This document shows positions 51,810 through 64,000 of a stretch of 64,000 nt of DNA, one piece after another. A program made the translations under genes and the position numbers. The number at the start of each line of letters is the position of its first letter. Positions within the stretch are counted from its first letter, which is position 1. Source of the DNA: the human T2T-CHM13v2.0 reference genome, Homo sapiens; NCBI RefSeq assembly GCF_009914755.1, contig NC_060931.1; one strand, given 5' to 3'. The notes under the pieces are model-generated. The model had not been told where the DNA came from. It did no database searches and saw only the letters and a program-made list of their open reading frames with translations.

Positions 51810-52259
51810 CAATTAATATTTTGCTCACTTGGTTTCTTTGTCATCAAGTGATATGTTAGTAATTATTAAACAGTAATACATGTTTTAGGTTCATTAGTTA
51901 ACTGAGAGATAGTTGCCTAAATCATTATGTATCTACTCCTACTAAGGAGAGGAGTAGATTTGTATATAAGAGGGAAATCATGACACTTAGTTTTATGTGC
52001 AGTTGAATAGAATCATGGATGTTTTCATGTTTTTACAGCTTCTGTAACAGTGGTCACTTATTTTGACCTCATTATTTTGAATGGTTATTTGAGTCACATT
52101 TTAGCTGTATACTAACCAATGACAATAACTTAAAGCAGTTAGGTTGATAATTTAATCTATGATTAATTGACAATTAAAATAGCACATTATAATTAGATAA
52201 GATGCAATATATTCTTGCATTATCTTATCATCTTTGAAACAGAGATGCCTCATGATTTA

Positions 52260-53065
52260 TATATATATATGTTTTTTTATATATGTTTTTATTATACTTT
52301 AAGTTCTAGGGTACACGTGCACAACATGCAGGTTTGTTACATATGTATACATGTGCCATGTTGGTGTGCTGCACCCATTAACTCATCATTTACATTAGGT
52401 ATGTCTCCTAATGCTATCCCTCCCCCTCCCCCCACCCCACGACAGGCCCCAGTGTGTGATGTTCCCCTTCCTGTGTCCAGGTGTTCTCATTGTTCAATTC
52501 CCACCTGTGAGTGAGAACATGCGGTGTTTGATTTTTTGTCCTTGTGATAGTTTGCTGAGAATGCTGGTTTCCAGCTTCATCCATGTCCCTACAAAGGACA
52601 TGAACTCATCATTTTTTATGGCTGCAGAGTATTCCATGGTGTATATGTGCCACATTTTCTTAATCCAGTCTATCATTGTTGGACATTTGGGTTGGTTCCA
52701 AGTCTTTGCTATTGTGAATAGTGCCGCAATAAACATATGTGTGTATGTGTCTTTATAGCAGCATGATTTATAATCCTCTGGGTATATACCTAGTAATGGG
52801 ATGGCTGGGTCAAATGGTATTTCTACTTCTAGATCCCTGAGGAATCGCCACACTGTCTTCCACAATGGTTGAACTAGTTTACAGTCCCACCAACAGTGTA
52901 AAAGTGTTCCTATTTCTCCACATCCTCTCCAGCACCTGTTGCTTCCTGACTTTTTAATGATCGCCATTCTAACTGGTGTGAGATGGTATCTCATTGTGGT
53001 TTTGATTTGCATTTCTCTAATGGCCAGGGATGATGAGCATTTTTTCATGTGTCTGTTGGCTGCAA
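52260..53065 (-). mobile_element. 5'-truncated L1PA (about L1PA4)
   Basis: ORF2 C-terminus in ORF 52494..53198; probable TSD atgattta. Confidence 0.92.
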
Positions 53066-53075
53066 ATGATTTAGC

Positions 53076-53362
53076 TTTTTTTTTTTTTTTCTCAAGATAG
53101 GGTCTCACTGTCACACAGGCTAAAGTGTGATGGTGCTCACTGAAACCTTGAACTCCTGGGCTCAAGGGATCCTCCTGCCTCAGTCTCCTGAGTAGCAAGG
53201 ACTACAGGTGCAGGCCACCACACACAGCTAATTTGTTTATTTTTGTAGAGATGGGGTATCACTATGTTGCCCAGGCTGGTCTAAAACTCCTAGCCTCAAA
53301 CACTCCTGCCGCCTCTGCCTCCCAAAGTATTGAGATTACAGGTATGAGCCACTGCACCTGGC
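53076..53362 (-). mobile_element. AluJ
   Basis: Antisense diverged Alu. Confidence 0.92.
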
Positions 53363-54772
53363 TGCAAATTATCTGTCTTACATAGAAATCTCTAATCCGG
53401 TTATGGATATCTAAAACTTGCCTCAGTTTTTCCTTTGTCTTTTAGTAAAACAATTGGGAATTTTAAAAAATGCAATTAAACTATGTAACCAGCAGATGGC
53501 AATAATGATCTGTAAATCAAAATTTCAAAACTTAGTTACTTATTAAATTCATTCTTTAAAAAAAATCACTGTTCTTATAATAAATCCATTTACTAAATAT
53601 GAAATGTAGGAAAATTCCAAATGTAACCCCACATAAAAATTACATTGCATATTTCATATGTCAAAATAATTAACATATTCATCATGGCCAAGATTTAGTT
53701 TTCCAAATAATAATGACTTTGTTTTAATTGATTCGAATAATTTATTAGATTTAAAGTTTTAACTTTGCACAAATACATAGATATAATTTAAGTGGATAGT
53801 TAAGTTCCATCTCTAGCCTCCAGGCTAGATAGAGGTGGTTTAGCGAAGACCATTTTGAAAACATTACAAACTTTTCCGGTTATAATTTCGTAATTTAAAA
53901 TATGAATTTCACTTTAATTGAAACTTTCTGCATAAAAGATTGGTTTTTATTTGTGCTGTCTCATAATTTCTTATGCATTAAGATACTTTTCCCCCTTTGT
54001 ACCGTGCAAGGAGTTGGAATTGGCACCAAAGTATTAGTTTGTACTTTATCAGCATTAGTTATTCCCAAAGATGGTGGCAAAATTCTTAGGATCTCATAGT
54101 TATTTTATTTAGTAATTTTATTTATTTTCATTATACCTTTCTAAGACTTTTTCTACAAATTCAAACATGAAATACATCCTTTGTTTAATTTTGTAGCTCC
54201 ATTTTTGCCTTCAAAAATAGGATAGCCATAGGTATGTTCTTCTTGGAGCTTACTTATTCTCTAGGTAATTTCAAATTGGTCTGCTTATAAATGTTAAAAG
54301 ATCCTTTCAAATTCTTCTTCAGCAAGTTGCCTCCACTAAAAAAAGTGTCTTTGGACGTGTGTATTTTATAAAACAACTGCTTCAGTCTAAAACCTTTCTT
54401 GGATTTACATATCTTGGATTGACTCATTTTTAAATAGCATATTTGCTGCTGTCGAATTACTTTACAGAGCCTCTTTAAATTCATATTGGATGCAGGTCTT
54501 CATCAAGGAGAAAGTGGAAAGACACCAACTTGCCGTGAAGCATACAGCAAGCTTAGATGTAAATGCATCTGTAAGTGATACTTTGCATAATGCTGTCTTT
54601 TGGACTATGGAAGAAAGGCATCTGTAATAACAAGTTGGAATTTCCAAGAGTTCCAATCTATTTTCTGTGTCCATGAGGGGGCTATCCACTCCCCACTCCT
54701 AACCCCCCAAAAAAAACCCCAAAACCAAAAAACTAGAGCTCTGTAAGCCACCCATGCCCCGGTCGTGTAGTG

Positions 54773-54858
54773 CTCCAGGCCTATGTCAGATACGACATAC
54801 CTTATAAACAACTCCAGGCCTTTATCAGATAAGACATGCCTATAAAGGCGTGTCTTAT
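54773..54858. repeat. 39-bp tandem duplication ending in a 13-bp hairpin
   Basis: ctccaggcct..tcagata.gacat.cct at 54773 and 54812. Confidence 0.75.
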
Positions 54859-55190
54859 TCAAAGGGAGGGAGGTGATCCATAAATTAACTGGGAGATTCT
54901 TTCAGCTCCAAGTAGAGAGACTGCACAATTCAATAGTATATGCACATTCATTTGAACCAGATTGGTACTCAGTTATCACTGTTAAATGACTTAACCAACA
55001 TATACACAACAATACTTATATACATGTACCACATCCCCAAATCTACAAAATCCATTTTTCCCTGGATTTGATGGTAATATACCATGTACAAACTCCATCA
55101 TATTGAGATTATTTTTATTTACCACCAAAGTAACTAATGTAAGAATTACTACATTCAATATTAATAAGCAAAAGCCTCTACTATGTTAGT

Positions 55191-55433
55191 CCATTTTCCC
55201 CATTTAGTAAAAAAAAAAAGTGCAGCTTGCTGCCAGTGCTCATTTAATTTTACATAAACACTTTGAGGCTGAAGCAAATCTGACTGATTTTCAACATGAA
55301 AATAAAATATAAAAACTGTTCTTAGAGTTATTTATAAACAGAATTTGTCTCTAATCCTAATGTAACAGAAATGTAGATGATGATGTTACAGTAGGATTAG
55401 AGATGAGTATTTTTGGGGCAAACAGGAAATGAT
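55191..55433 (-). mobile_element. MER75B-like piggyBac MITE with internal 20-bp stem
   Basis: Ends ccattttcccc / ggggcaaacaggaaatg; stem 55348-55367 pairs with 55384-55403. Confidence 0.7.
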
Positions 55434-56389
55434 TTAAAGAATGAGTTTCAGAATATTTATGGGCAGATTAAATGCAAAACATAGTAAAAGTGCCAATGAT
55501 ACATAATGAATCTGTGTGCTGTATTTTACATAATATAATATTTTAGGTTGATTTAAGATTGAACTTTGATTATAATATAGAGTTGAAGATATATCACTAG
55601 ACTAGGCCCAGTATGCTTTGGCCAATTTACTTTGTTTCTCTAGTTCTGATTTCCTCAACTATAAAATACTTTGGATGACATGGCCTAAATAAGGTCTTTT
55701 AAACTTACTTGATTCTAGTTGGTATTTGTACAAATATTTAGGTAGATGCACCTGCTAAGTCATACAGTGGCCTGTACTAAGATCTCTTTTTACCACTTTT
55801 TTCCTTCCCTCCTCCTCTGCCTCCAGCTATGTGTTCAGACTCCACCCTGAGGGTCTTACTCTGCAATCTATCCCACAGTTTGTCCTCTAGTACCTACACT
55901 TGTCATTGCCCACCCAGAGGGCTGAGCTCATCTCTCTCTCATCTCTTCGGCCCAGCCCCAACCTGGCCTCCCCTTATCCCTGAACTTTATTCCTCTGATT
56001 CCTTCTCACCTGCACTGCCCAGTCTCTAAGTAGGGTGGGCCTCCTTGTTCCTATTTTCTAATTACTTCTATCTACTAGTAGCCTAAATGGCAACTAGAGA
56101 ATAAGGAGGAGAGTGAGACAGCCCTAAATAAATAATAAGTGTTTACATCAAGACCACCAGACTTGTTGGGGGCAGCAGAGCTCTGCTTTCGCATAAGTAT
56201 GGACCCATCCCCTAAAGATAAATATGAAACTTTAAAATGCTCTCATCTTTGGTACCATCCGTTGAAACCCTTTTTGAGATACTTATTAGTGAGAATTTAT
56301 AATCCATTAGTAGAAAAACCATCGAGTTTTGCAGCTTTCATATTTCTTAATTAAGGCTGTATGCCTGGGTTCAAAAAAAGCAAGGTAGA

Positions 56390-59300
56390 CTTTTTTTTAA
56401 AAAATTAAAATTTGGAAATATTTAAAGGGCTAGTGCAGTGTCTTAGTTATAAGTGTTAACAGAATTTAAATCTTCACTATTCCTAAAAGAAACCCCATAC
56501 CTACTTGCAGTCATTTCCATTCCTCCCTCCTTCCAGCCTCTGGCATGCACTAATCCATTTTCCATCTCTATGGATATTTCTATGCTGGACATTTCACATG
56601 CATGGGATCATATAACATGTAATCCTTTTTGACCAGCTTCTCTTAGCATCCTGTTTTCAAGGTTCATCCATGCTGTAACATTTATCATACTTCATTTTTT
56701 ATAGCTGAATAATCTTCCATTATATGGATATGCCACATTTTATTTATCCATTTGTCAGTTGATGGGCATTTGGGTTGTCTCCACTTTTTGCCTATCATGA
56801 ATGATGCTGCTATGAACATTCGTGTACGGGTTTTTGTGTGGACATACCTCTTCATTTTTCCTGGGTGTACACCTAGGAGTGGAATTGCTGGGTCATATAG
56901 TAAGTAACCTTTTTTTATCCTTTTCACGAATGGCCAGACTACATCATTTTATATTCTTACCGACAATATATAAGGGTTCCAATTTCTCCGCATCCTTGCC
57001 AACTTGTTATTGTAATTATAATTATAGCCATCACAGTGGTTCTTACGCGGTATCTCATTGTTGTTGTTGTTTTACTAAGAGGCTATTTTTAGAGCAGTTT
57101 TAGGTTTACAGAACAATCGAGTAGAAAATCTAGAAGTCCCATATATCCCCTCTCCCCCACACTGGCAGTCTCCCCTATTATTAAACTACTGCATTATTGT
57201 AGTGCATTAGTTACAATTGATGAACCAATATTGGTGCATTATTGACCAAAAAGTCCATTGTTTACATTACAGCTTACTCTGAGTTGCACAGTAGTATGAG
57301 TTTTGACAAATGCATGATTTCATGTATCTACTACTACAGTAGCATCACAGAGTTATTTCACTGGCCTAAGTATCACCTGTGCGCCATCCCTTCATTTCTC
57401 CCTCTTTCCCCCCAAACCGTGGAAACCACCAATCTTTTTACCATCTCTGTAATTTTGCCTTTTCCAGAATGTCATATAATTAGAACCGCCCAGTGTATAG
57501 CTCATTTTTCACTAGCAATATGTATTTGAGATTCCTCCAAGTCTTTTCACAGCTTGATAGTGCATTTCTTTTTATTGCTGAAAAATATTCCATTGTATGG
57601 ATAATGGATGTACCACAGACTGTTCATCCATTACCTATTGAAGGACATCTTAGTTCTAAGTTTTGGCAATTATGAATAAAGCTGCTGTCAAGAGTCATGT
57701 GCAGATTTTTAAGTGGACATAAAATTTTAACTCACTTGGGTACATACCCGGGAACATACTTGCTAGATCATATGATAAGACTTTGTTAGTTTTGAAAGGA
57801 ATTGACAAACTTTCTTTTTAAATGGCTGTACCATTTTGCATTCCACCAGCAATGAATGAGAGTTCCTATTGCCCCACATCCTCACCAGCATTAGCATTGC
57901 TAGTGTTTTGAATTTTAGCTCTTCTAATAGGTATGTAGTTGTAGCTCATGTTTTAATTTGCAACTCCCTAATCACATGTGATGTTGAGCACCTTTTCATA
58001 TGCTTATTTGCCATCTGTATATCTTTAAGTATCTGTTCAGAGAGATCCTTTGCCCATAATTTGTCTTTTCCTTACTGTTGAGTTTTAAGAGCTCTTTGTA
58101 TATTTGAAATACGAATCCTTTATCAGATATGTTTTTGCAAATATTTACTCCCAGAGTGTGGCTAGTCATTTTATTCTCTTAACAATGTTTTTCACAGAAG
58201 TTTTTAATTTTCATGCAGTCCATCATGTTAATTTTTTTGTTAATGGATTGTACTTTTGGTGTTGTACCTAAAAAACCAAAACTACCTAGATTTTCTCCTG
58301 TTACTTTCTAGAAATTTTATAGTTTTGCATTTTGTATTTAAGTCTATGATCCATTTAAGTTAATTTTGCAAAAGATTTAAAGTCTGTGTTTAGACTTATT
58401 ATTTTGCATGTGGATATTCAGTTGTTCTAGTACCATTTGTTGAAAAGGTTATTATTTCTCCACTGAATTGCCTTTGTTCCATTGTCAAAGATCATTTAAC
58501 CATATTTATGTGGGCTTAGTTCTGGGCTCTCTGTTCCATTTATCTAATTGTCTATTCTCTTGCCAATAGTACACTCTTTATTACTATAGTTCTGTAGTAA
58601 GTTTTGAAGTTGGGTAGTGTAAGTCCTCTGACTGCTTATCTTCTTTAATACTGTGTTGGCTATTTTGGGTATTTTGCCTTTAAATAAACTTTAGAATCAG
58701 TTTGTTCTTAGCCACAAGTAACTGGCTGGAATTTTGGTTGTGTTTGCACTGAATATATAGATCAAGTTGGGAAGAACAGACATCCTCACAATATTGAGTC
58801 TACCTATTCATGAACATGGACTATCTCTCCATTTATTTAGATCTTCTTTGATTTATTTCATCAAAGTTTTGTAGTTTACCTTATATAGCTTTTGTGAATA
58901 TTTTGTTTATATCTATTTGTTGTTTTTTCCTTCTTTAGTGATGATATAACTGTTGATTTCAAATTCCAACAGTTCATTTCTGGTATATAGGAAAGCAACG
59001 GTCTTTTAAAGTATTAATCTTGTATCCTCTAACCTTGCTATAATTCAACCTTGCCATAATCACTTATTAGATCTATGAGTTTGTTGAAAGCACATTATTT
59101 TCTATTTTTTAAAAATATCAATAAAAATAGGAAGGAAAAGATCCATTAAAACTCCAAACAAACCGAACAAATAAACCCACTTGTATTGCGCATGAGTAAC
59201 ATAACTATCCAGGAGGACAAAAAATGAATTAATCAAAGTAACTGCTGAACATATCATTTGGCTATATACTGTTAGTTGAGTAGCACGGAAACAACGCAAA

Positions 59301-60060
59301 CAAACCCTGACCTCTTTTTAGAAGGTTTGTGTATTGTAGTTGTACAGGTGAAGCAATCTGAAATTAGTTTTAAGTGTATGGTAGAGTTGAGTAAATAAAT
59401 ACGTTGAGGTAATTGTTGAGCCTTCTTCCACTGTATTCCATACAGATATCGAATGGGGCAAAGCAAGAAAAGAGGACTCTGTGGGAGTGCATTGGAATTG
59501 GAGGTATCAGTATGAATTCATGATTTCTAATACAATAGGAATCCTTTTGCCATGAAAGACAAAGACAGGCTGAAGAGCTATACTATATTTAAGGAGACTA
59601 AAGTAGCATGAAGACTAAATGCAATATGTGATCTTGAAGTGGATCTGTACTGAAGAAAAGATATGCTACAAATGACATTACTGGGTAATTTGACAAATCT
59701 GGAATACAGATGATACGTCAAAGTACTGCATCATTGTTAAATCTCCTGAAGTTGCTAACCCTACTGTGATTATTTAGTGGAATCTTTTTTTTAGGAAATA
59801 CACTTTCAATTATTTAGAGATAATGGGGCATGACATGCTACTTACTCTCAAGGGGTTCAGAAAAATAATTTGTATATATTACACATGCATGTGCATGTGT
59901 GTTTATGCACACACTACTCACTGTAAATGCACATGATAAAGTAAATAGGGCAAAAGGTTAACAATTGTGAATCTGCATAAAGGGTGTACAGAGTTTCTTT
60001 ATGGTCTTCTTGCAACTCTTCCTTAAGCATGAAATCCTTCCAAATAAAAGATTTCTAAAA
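56390..60060. mobile_element. Cluster of L1MB/L1MC fragments (minus to about 59090, then plus)
   Basis: ORF 56685..56927 is the L1 ORF2 C-terminus; L1MC-type 3' ends. Confidence 0.75.
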
Positions 60061-62249
60061 GGTTGGTGTTAGGCATGCACAAAAAAATTAAGGGTAATAG
60101 AGTAGACTTTTGAAAGCAGGGGGTAATGATAACATCAAATATTTTGAAGGACTGTCATGTGGAAGGAGGATTAAGACTTATAATTTGGCTAATCTTATTT
60201 GGTGTCATTCTGCTTTGTGTAATATCATCACAGCATATCCAAGTGCTCATGGCTGAAATGAGATACAGGCGTTTTTAAGTTTTATGGAGTCTTCAGTATA
60301 ATTCAGTACAGAGAGGTGCAAAATCATGTGATTCTGAGGGTTCATTGGGTAGCATACACGAATGAAGGGGACTGGGTGCAGAAAATGGAAAATAGTGGGA
60401 ACTTGAGAGCAATGTCTTTTCCAAGGCTTTCAAATGCAACTAAAGACAAACTCAAAATACTATGCAGTAATCCCGGGCTGTGTCCAGCCTGTGAGTGGCC
60501 AGCTGGGACCCACAATCTTATCTAATCCTTTTTGTCAGGTGAGGAAACAGGTACCAAACATCATAAAACAGTGTCAGTGAATGAAAGGTGTAAATGGGTG
60601 CAAATGTATTTTTAAAAAAACACCACTTTTAATGAAAGAAACTAATATCCACACATTTGTACTTATGTACAATTGGGGTAATATATAATTTTAAGCTGTT
60701 TACAAATAATATGTAATGCTTCAAATATTACATAAGGTTGATAATATATTTCTAGCAGAAATAAATATATTGCACTTAAAAAGAACTGCATTAGATGTTA
60801 CTTCATAGTATTAGGCTTATAACTTTTTTTCATAAAACATTTCCCATGCCCTTCCCCCCACCCCCAGCACACATATTTCATTACAGTGACTGTTCTCACG
60901 CAATTCATTAAGCAAATGAACACAGCAAACAACAGAACTGTGATAGTGTCTACTAAAGAGGCTATATCCAATTTTATCCTTTAGGAAATAAAACAATTTC
61001 TTTTATGTTTCTGAAAATAAAGGAGGAAAAAATCCAACTAAACACAATATTTTAATGAACCAGAAGTAAAATACAACTTGTATTTTTTGTCCATATGTAT
61101 TATTTCACAAAAAAATGATTTTGTTTTCTTATTATCAAGATATTTCGTTTAAAAAGGAGAGGGTAATGAAGTTATTTGAGGGAGGGACAGAGAAAGACGG
61201 GCTAGAAAATACATATGGAATATTTACCTATCAAATATTTATAAATAAACCTTTCCATATGTAAGCATTCTGAAGAAAGGTAAGTCTTGGAATATTATAA
61301 TTGGCATAGAATATAAGTAGCAAAGAAAGGATTTATGGTTTTTTAAAGTTTAAGGAGTTTGTAACCTTCCCTTTGCATGTTTACAAAAAAATCTGTACAT
61401 TGGCACAGCTCTTTAAAGGAGAAAGCTGAAAATCTTATCATCTGTCCAGTGATTTGTCTAGATTTAGGGTAGAGTATTGCTTTGTTTGTAATAATTATCA
61501 ATTTCCTACATGTTTAATAGTGACAACAGTTTTTCTTACTTAGTCACTGGAAGATTAAGTTGTTTTTCTTGCAATTTGTTACTCTGCACATTACATAACT
61601 GGATTTTTTGAACTTTTTAGTTACTGAGTCATGGCTAAGCTTGACTGAGTATTTAATGGGGTGTAAAGTCATTTCATCCTCTTTATTCAAAAGTGATTTT
61701 TCTCAATATAAATCAGCTTATATATAAGCAGGACAGCCTGAAAAGCTACTGTGAAATACAGAAATAGGATAAATATCCTAACACCTCTTTGAAAAAGGCA
61801 GCATGGGATGAAGATAATTTACTTCTAAGAATATTTATTCCTTTGCCTTTTAGAGGGTCTTCTTTTTTGGTGGGGAGGGAGCAGTTGGAGAGGAAAGTGT
61901 GTTGTCGTGGCTGGAGAAGCAAAATGACAGAGATATGGATAAGAGGGGAGACCTTTGAATGCCCCAGAAGTCAATGTAACTCCTATAATATAGCCCTACA
62001 CAGGGCCTTCGCTAGATGATGACTCATCAGGAAGCTTCTTAATATCTCTTACTCTGTGCCCACCTACTAGGAATGATGATAGGCCTTCTGGACAAGTTAC
62101 CATTGTTATTAACTCAAAAGATCCAGCAATACAATATAAGCTCATTAATCTACACCTTGTTAACTAATAATCTGTGATGTGTTAGACAAGCTGGATATGT
62201 TTACCTATATATTGCTAAGGGTAGACAGAGGAGAGGAGAAGACTAAGTT

Positions 62250-62613
<364 letters not shown>

Positions 62614-64000
62614 TCAGAATTATTGATATTTTAAAAACAAACCACAACTGCAAAACCTATTAAGTTCTGAATTAATTCCTCAGGATTAGATAAAGCAGGT
62701 CTGGCAGGACCTCTTTTTAGCAGCACTTCCCATTAGCCATGCTTTTTGACACTATAATATACTCGGGGGGCGGGGGGAGTCGTGGGAGGAACCCTGAATA
62801 TATTCTAAATATATTATAATTCATGGCCTTTATTATTCAATTGGCTTTCCCATTAAATAGGTAGTTCTTGAAATTACTTTTGCCAGAATGGGCTTTGGAA
62901 TTTTAAATACTAAACTCCCAAGGGTTTAATAAGAATCAATGACCAGGATACCTCAGAAAGGCCCAGGGAGGGGAAATTTCTACCCCTTGGTTTCCATGGA
63001 TCAAGTGACTCTGATGAGGTTAAGCTCTATTTCACTTGTGCTTCTTTTCTCTGGTTCGAATAATACTTAAAAATATAGACCCAATTTAGAATTTTAGGTC
63101 TGACTAGTCTTTGTTTTCTCTAAGCACTCTTATTTATAGTCTTATATTGCTTAATTACAAAATAAAATTATGAAGTCAGGAAATACTAGGTAAAACCATA
63201 TTCAACAAAAACACACAAATCTCTTTGAGACACACAGATTGGTAGAAATGTCAAAACAGTATGTATTAAAACAATCTTTTCATCCTCTTTGAAAATAAAA
63301 TTCAGATACAGATTCACCTTAGTAGACCAGTAATTTATCAGGGTATTGAGTAGCCTTATGTAAAACAGCATCTTTTGTTATTCCTGCTTTAAGCAGCAGT
63401 ACTCTATATTCAAAGGAGCACTGGCAACAGGCCAGCTATTAAATAGTAAACCCCTATCCTAGCTCTATGGATAGTTTAAACATTACTCATAACTGCTTTT
63501 TTAAAGAAATGCACACCTGTACTTTGTTTGAAAACAAACTACCTATGGATACTACAGCATAACATGCAACAAGTTAAAAATTGGCCCACAGTGTTTGCTG
63601 TAGGATCGTGAGATGCTTTGTTAACGCAGCCCATGCTTTTCTGTAAGTAAACTTTGGAGTACAGTGGAGAATAGCAAGGGCAAAATCCAACAACAGCATC
63701 ACCTAGACAGGCTGTGCCATGATGCCTTGTTTCACAAGCTGGAAGTGCCCAGAAAGGCATGTGATATGAAAAAGGCTAACATTAAAACCACCAAATAAAA
63801 TCCCACGGGAGTCTGATGTGATAAGTATATTGCATTTCCCCCCAAATACACTTCTACTGTCAGTAGAAATATTTCCCATCCCTTTTAACAGATTCAATAC
63901 TTTTGTAGCAAGAAGAGTAGAATGAATATTACATACAAAAATTAAATTAGAGTTTTGGAGAAATTTTCTAAGACGACAGGTTGCATCCTGTAGTTGAAGT

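Noticed and set aside
54254-54862. Minus-strand ORFs as a processed pseudogene
   Set aside because: No recognisable protein similarity, tail or TSD.
55348-55403. Hairpin as a novel miRNA
   Set aside because: Explained by the internal palindrome of the MER75B-like MITE.

Overview
Human (primate) genomic DNA, repeat-rich. The main feature is exons 1-11 of an intron-containing DPY19L2 paralogue on the minus strand, running from a CpG-island promoter near 49.2 kb to exon 11 at 4.1 kb; the gene continues beyond the left edge. All exons have usable splice sites, but exon 5 has a 1-nt deletion that ends the ORF at 242 aa in exon 6. The catalytic RTE glutamate (to Lys) and the PPLRES arginine (to His) are also mutated. 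This matches my recollection of the transcribed pseudogene DPY19L2P1 (7p14, next to TBX20). Intron 4 holds an S100A11 processed pseudogene with an open ORF, nested in an L1 inside an older L1. Intron 6 holds a full-length L1PA, antisense to the pseudogene. The rest is Alus, old L1/L2/MIR, MaLR LTRs and DNA-transposon MITEs. Top observations: (1) the L1's intact ORF0 has a splice donor exactly in phase with pseudogene exon 7, a possible route around the frameshift; (2) a 264-bp, about 97%-identical inverted duplication brackets exons 5-6 and has a complex repair-type junction; (3) an A-MYB/RFX/NRF1 germline-type promoter, possibly bidirectional; (4) two micro-retroinsertions with TSDs. All comparisons with parent genes and repeat consensi are from memory, not database searches.
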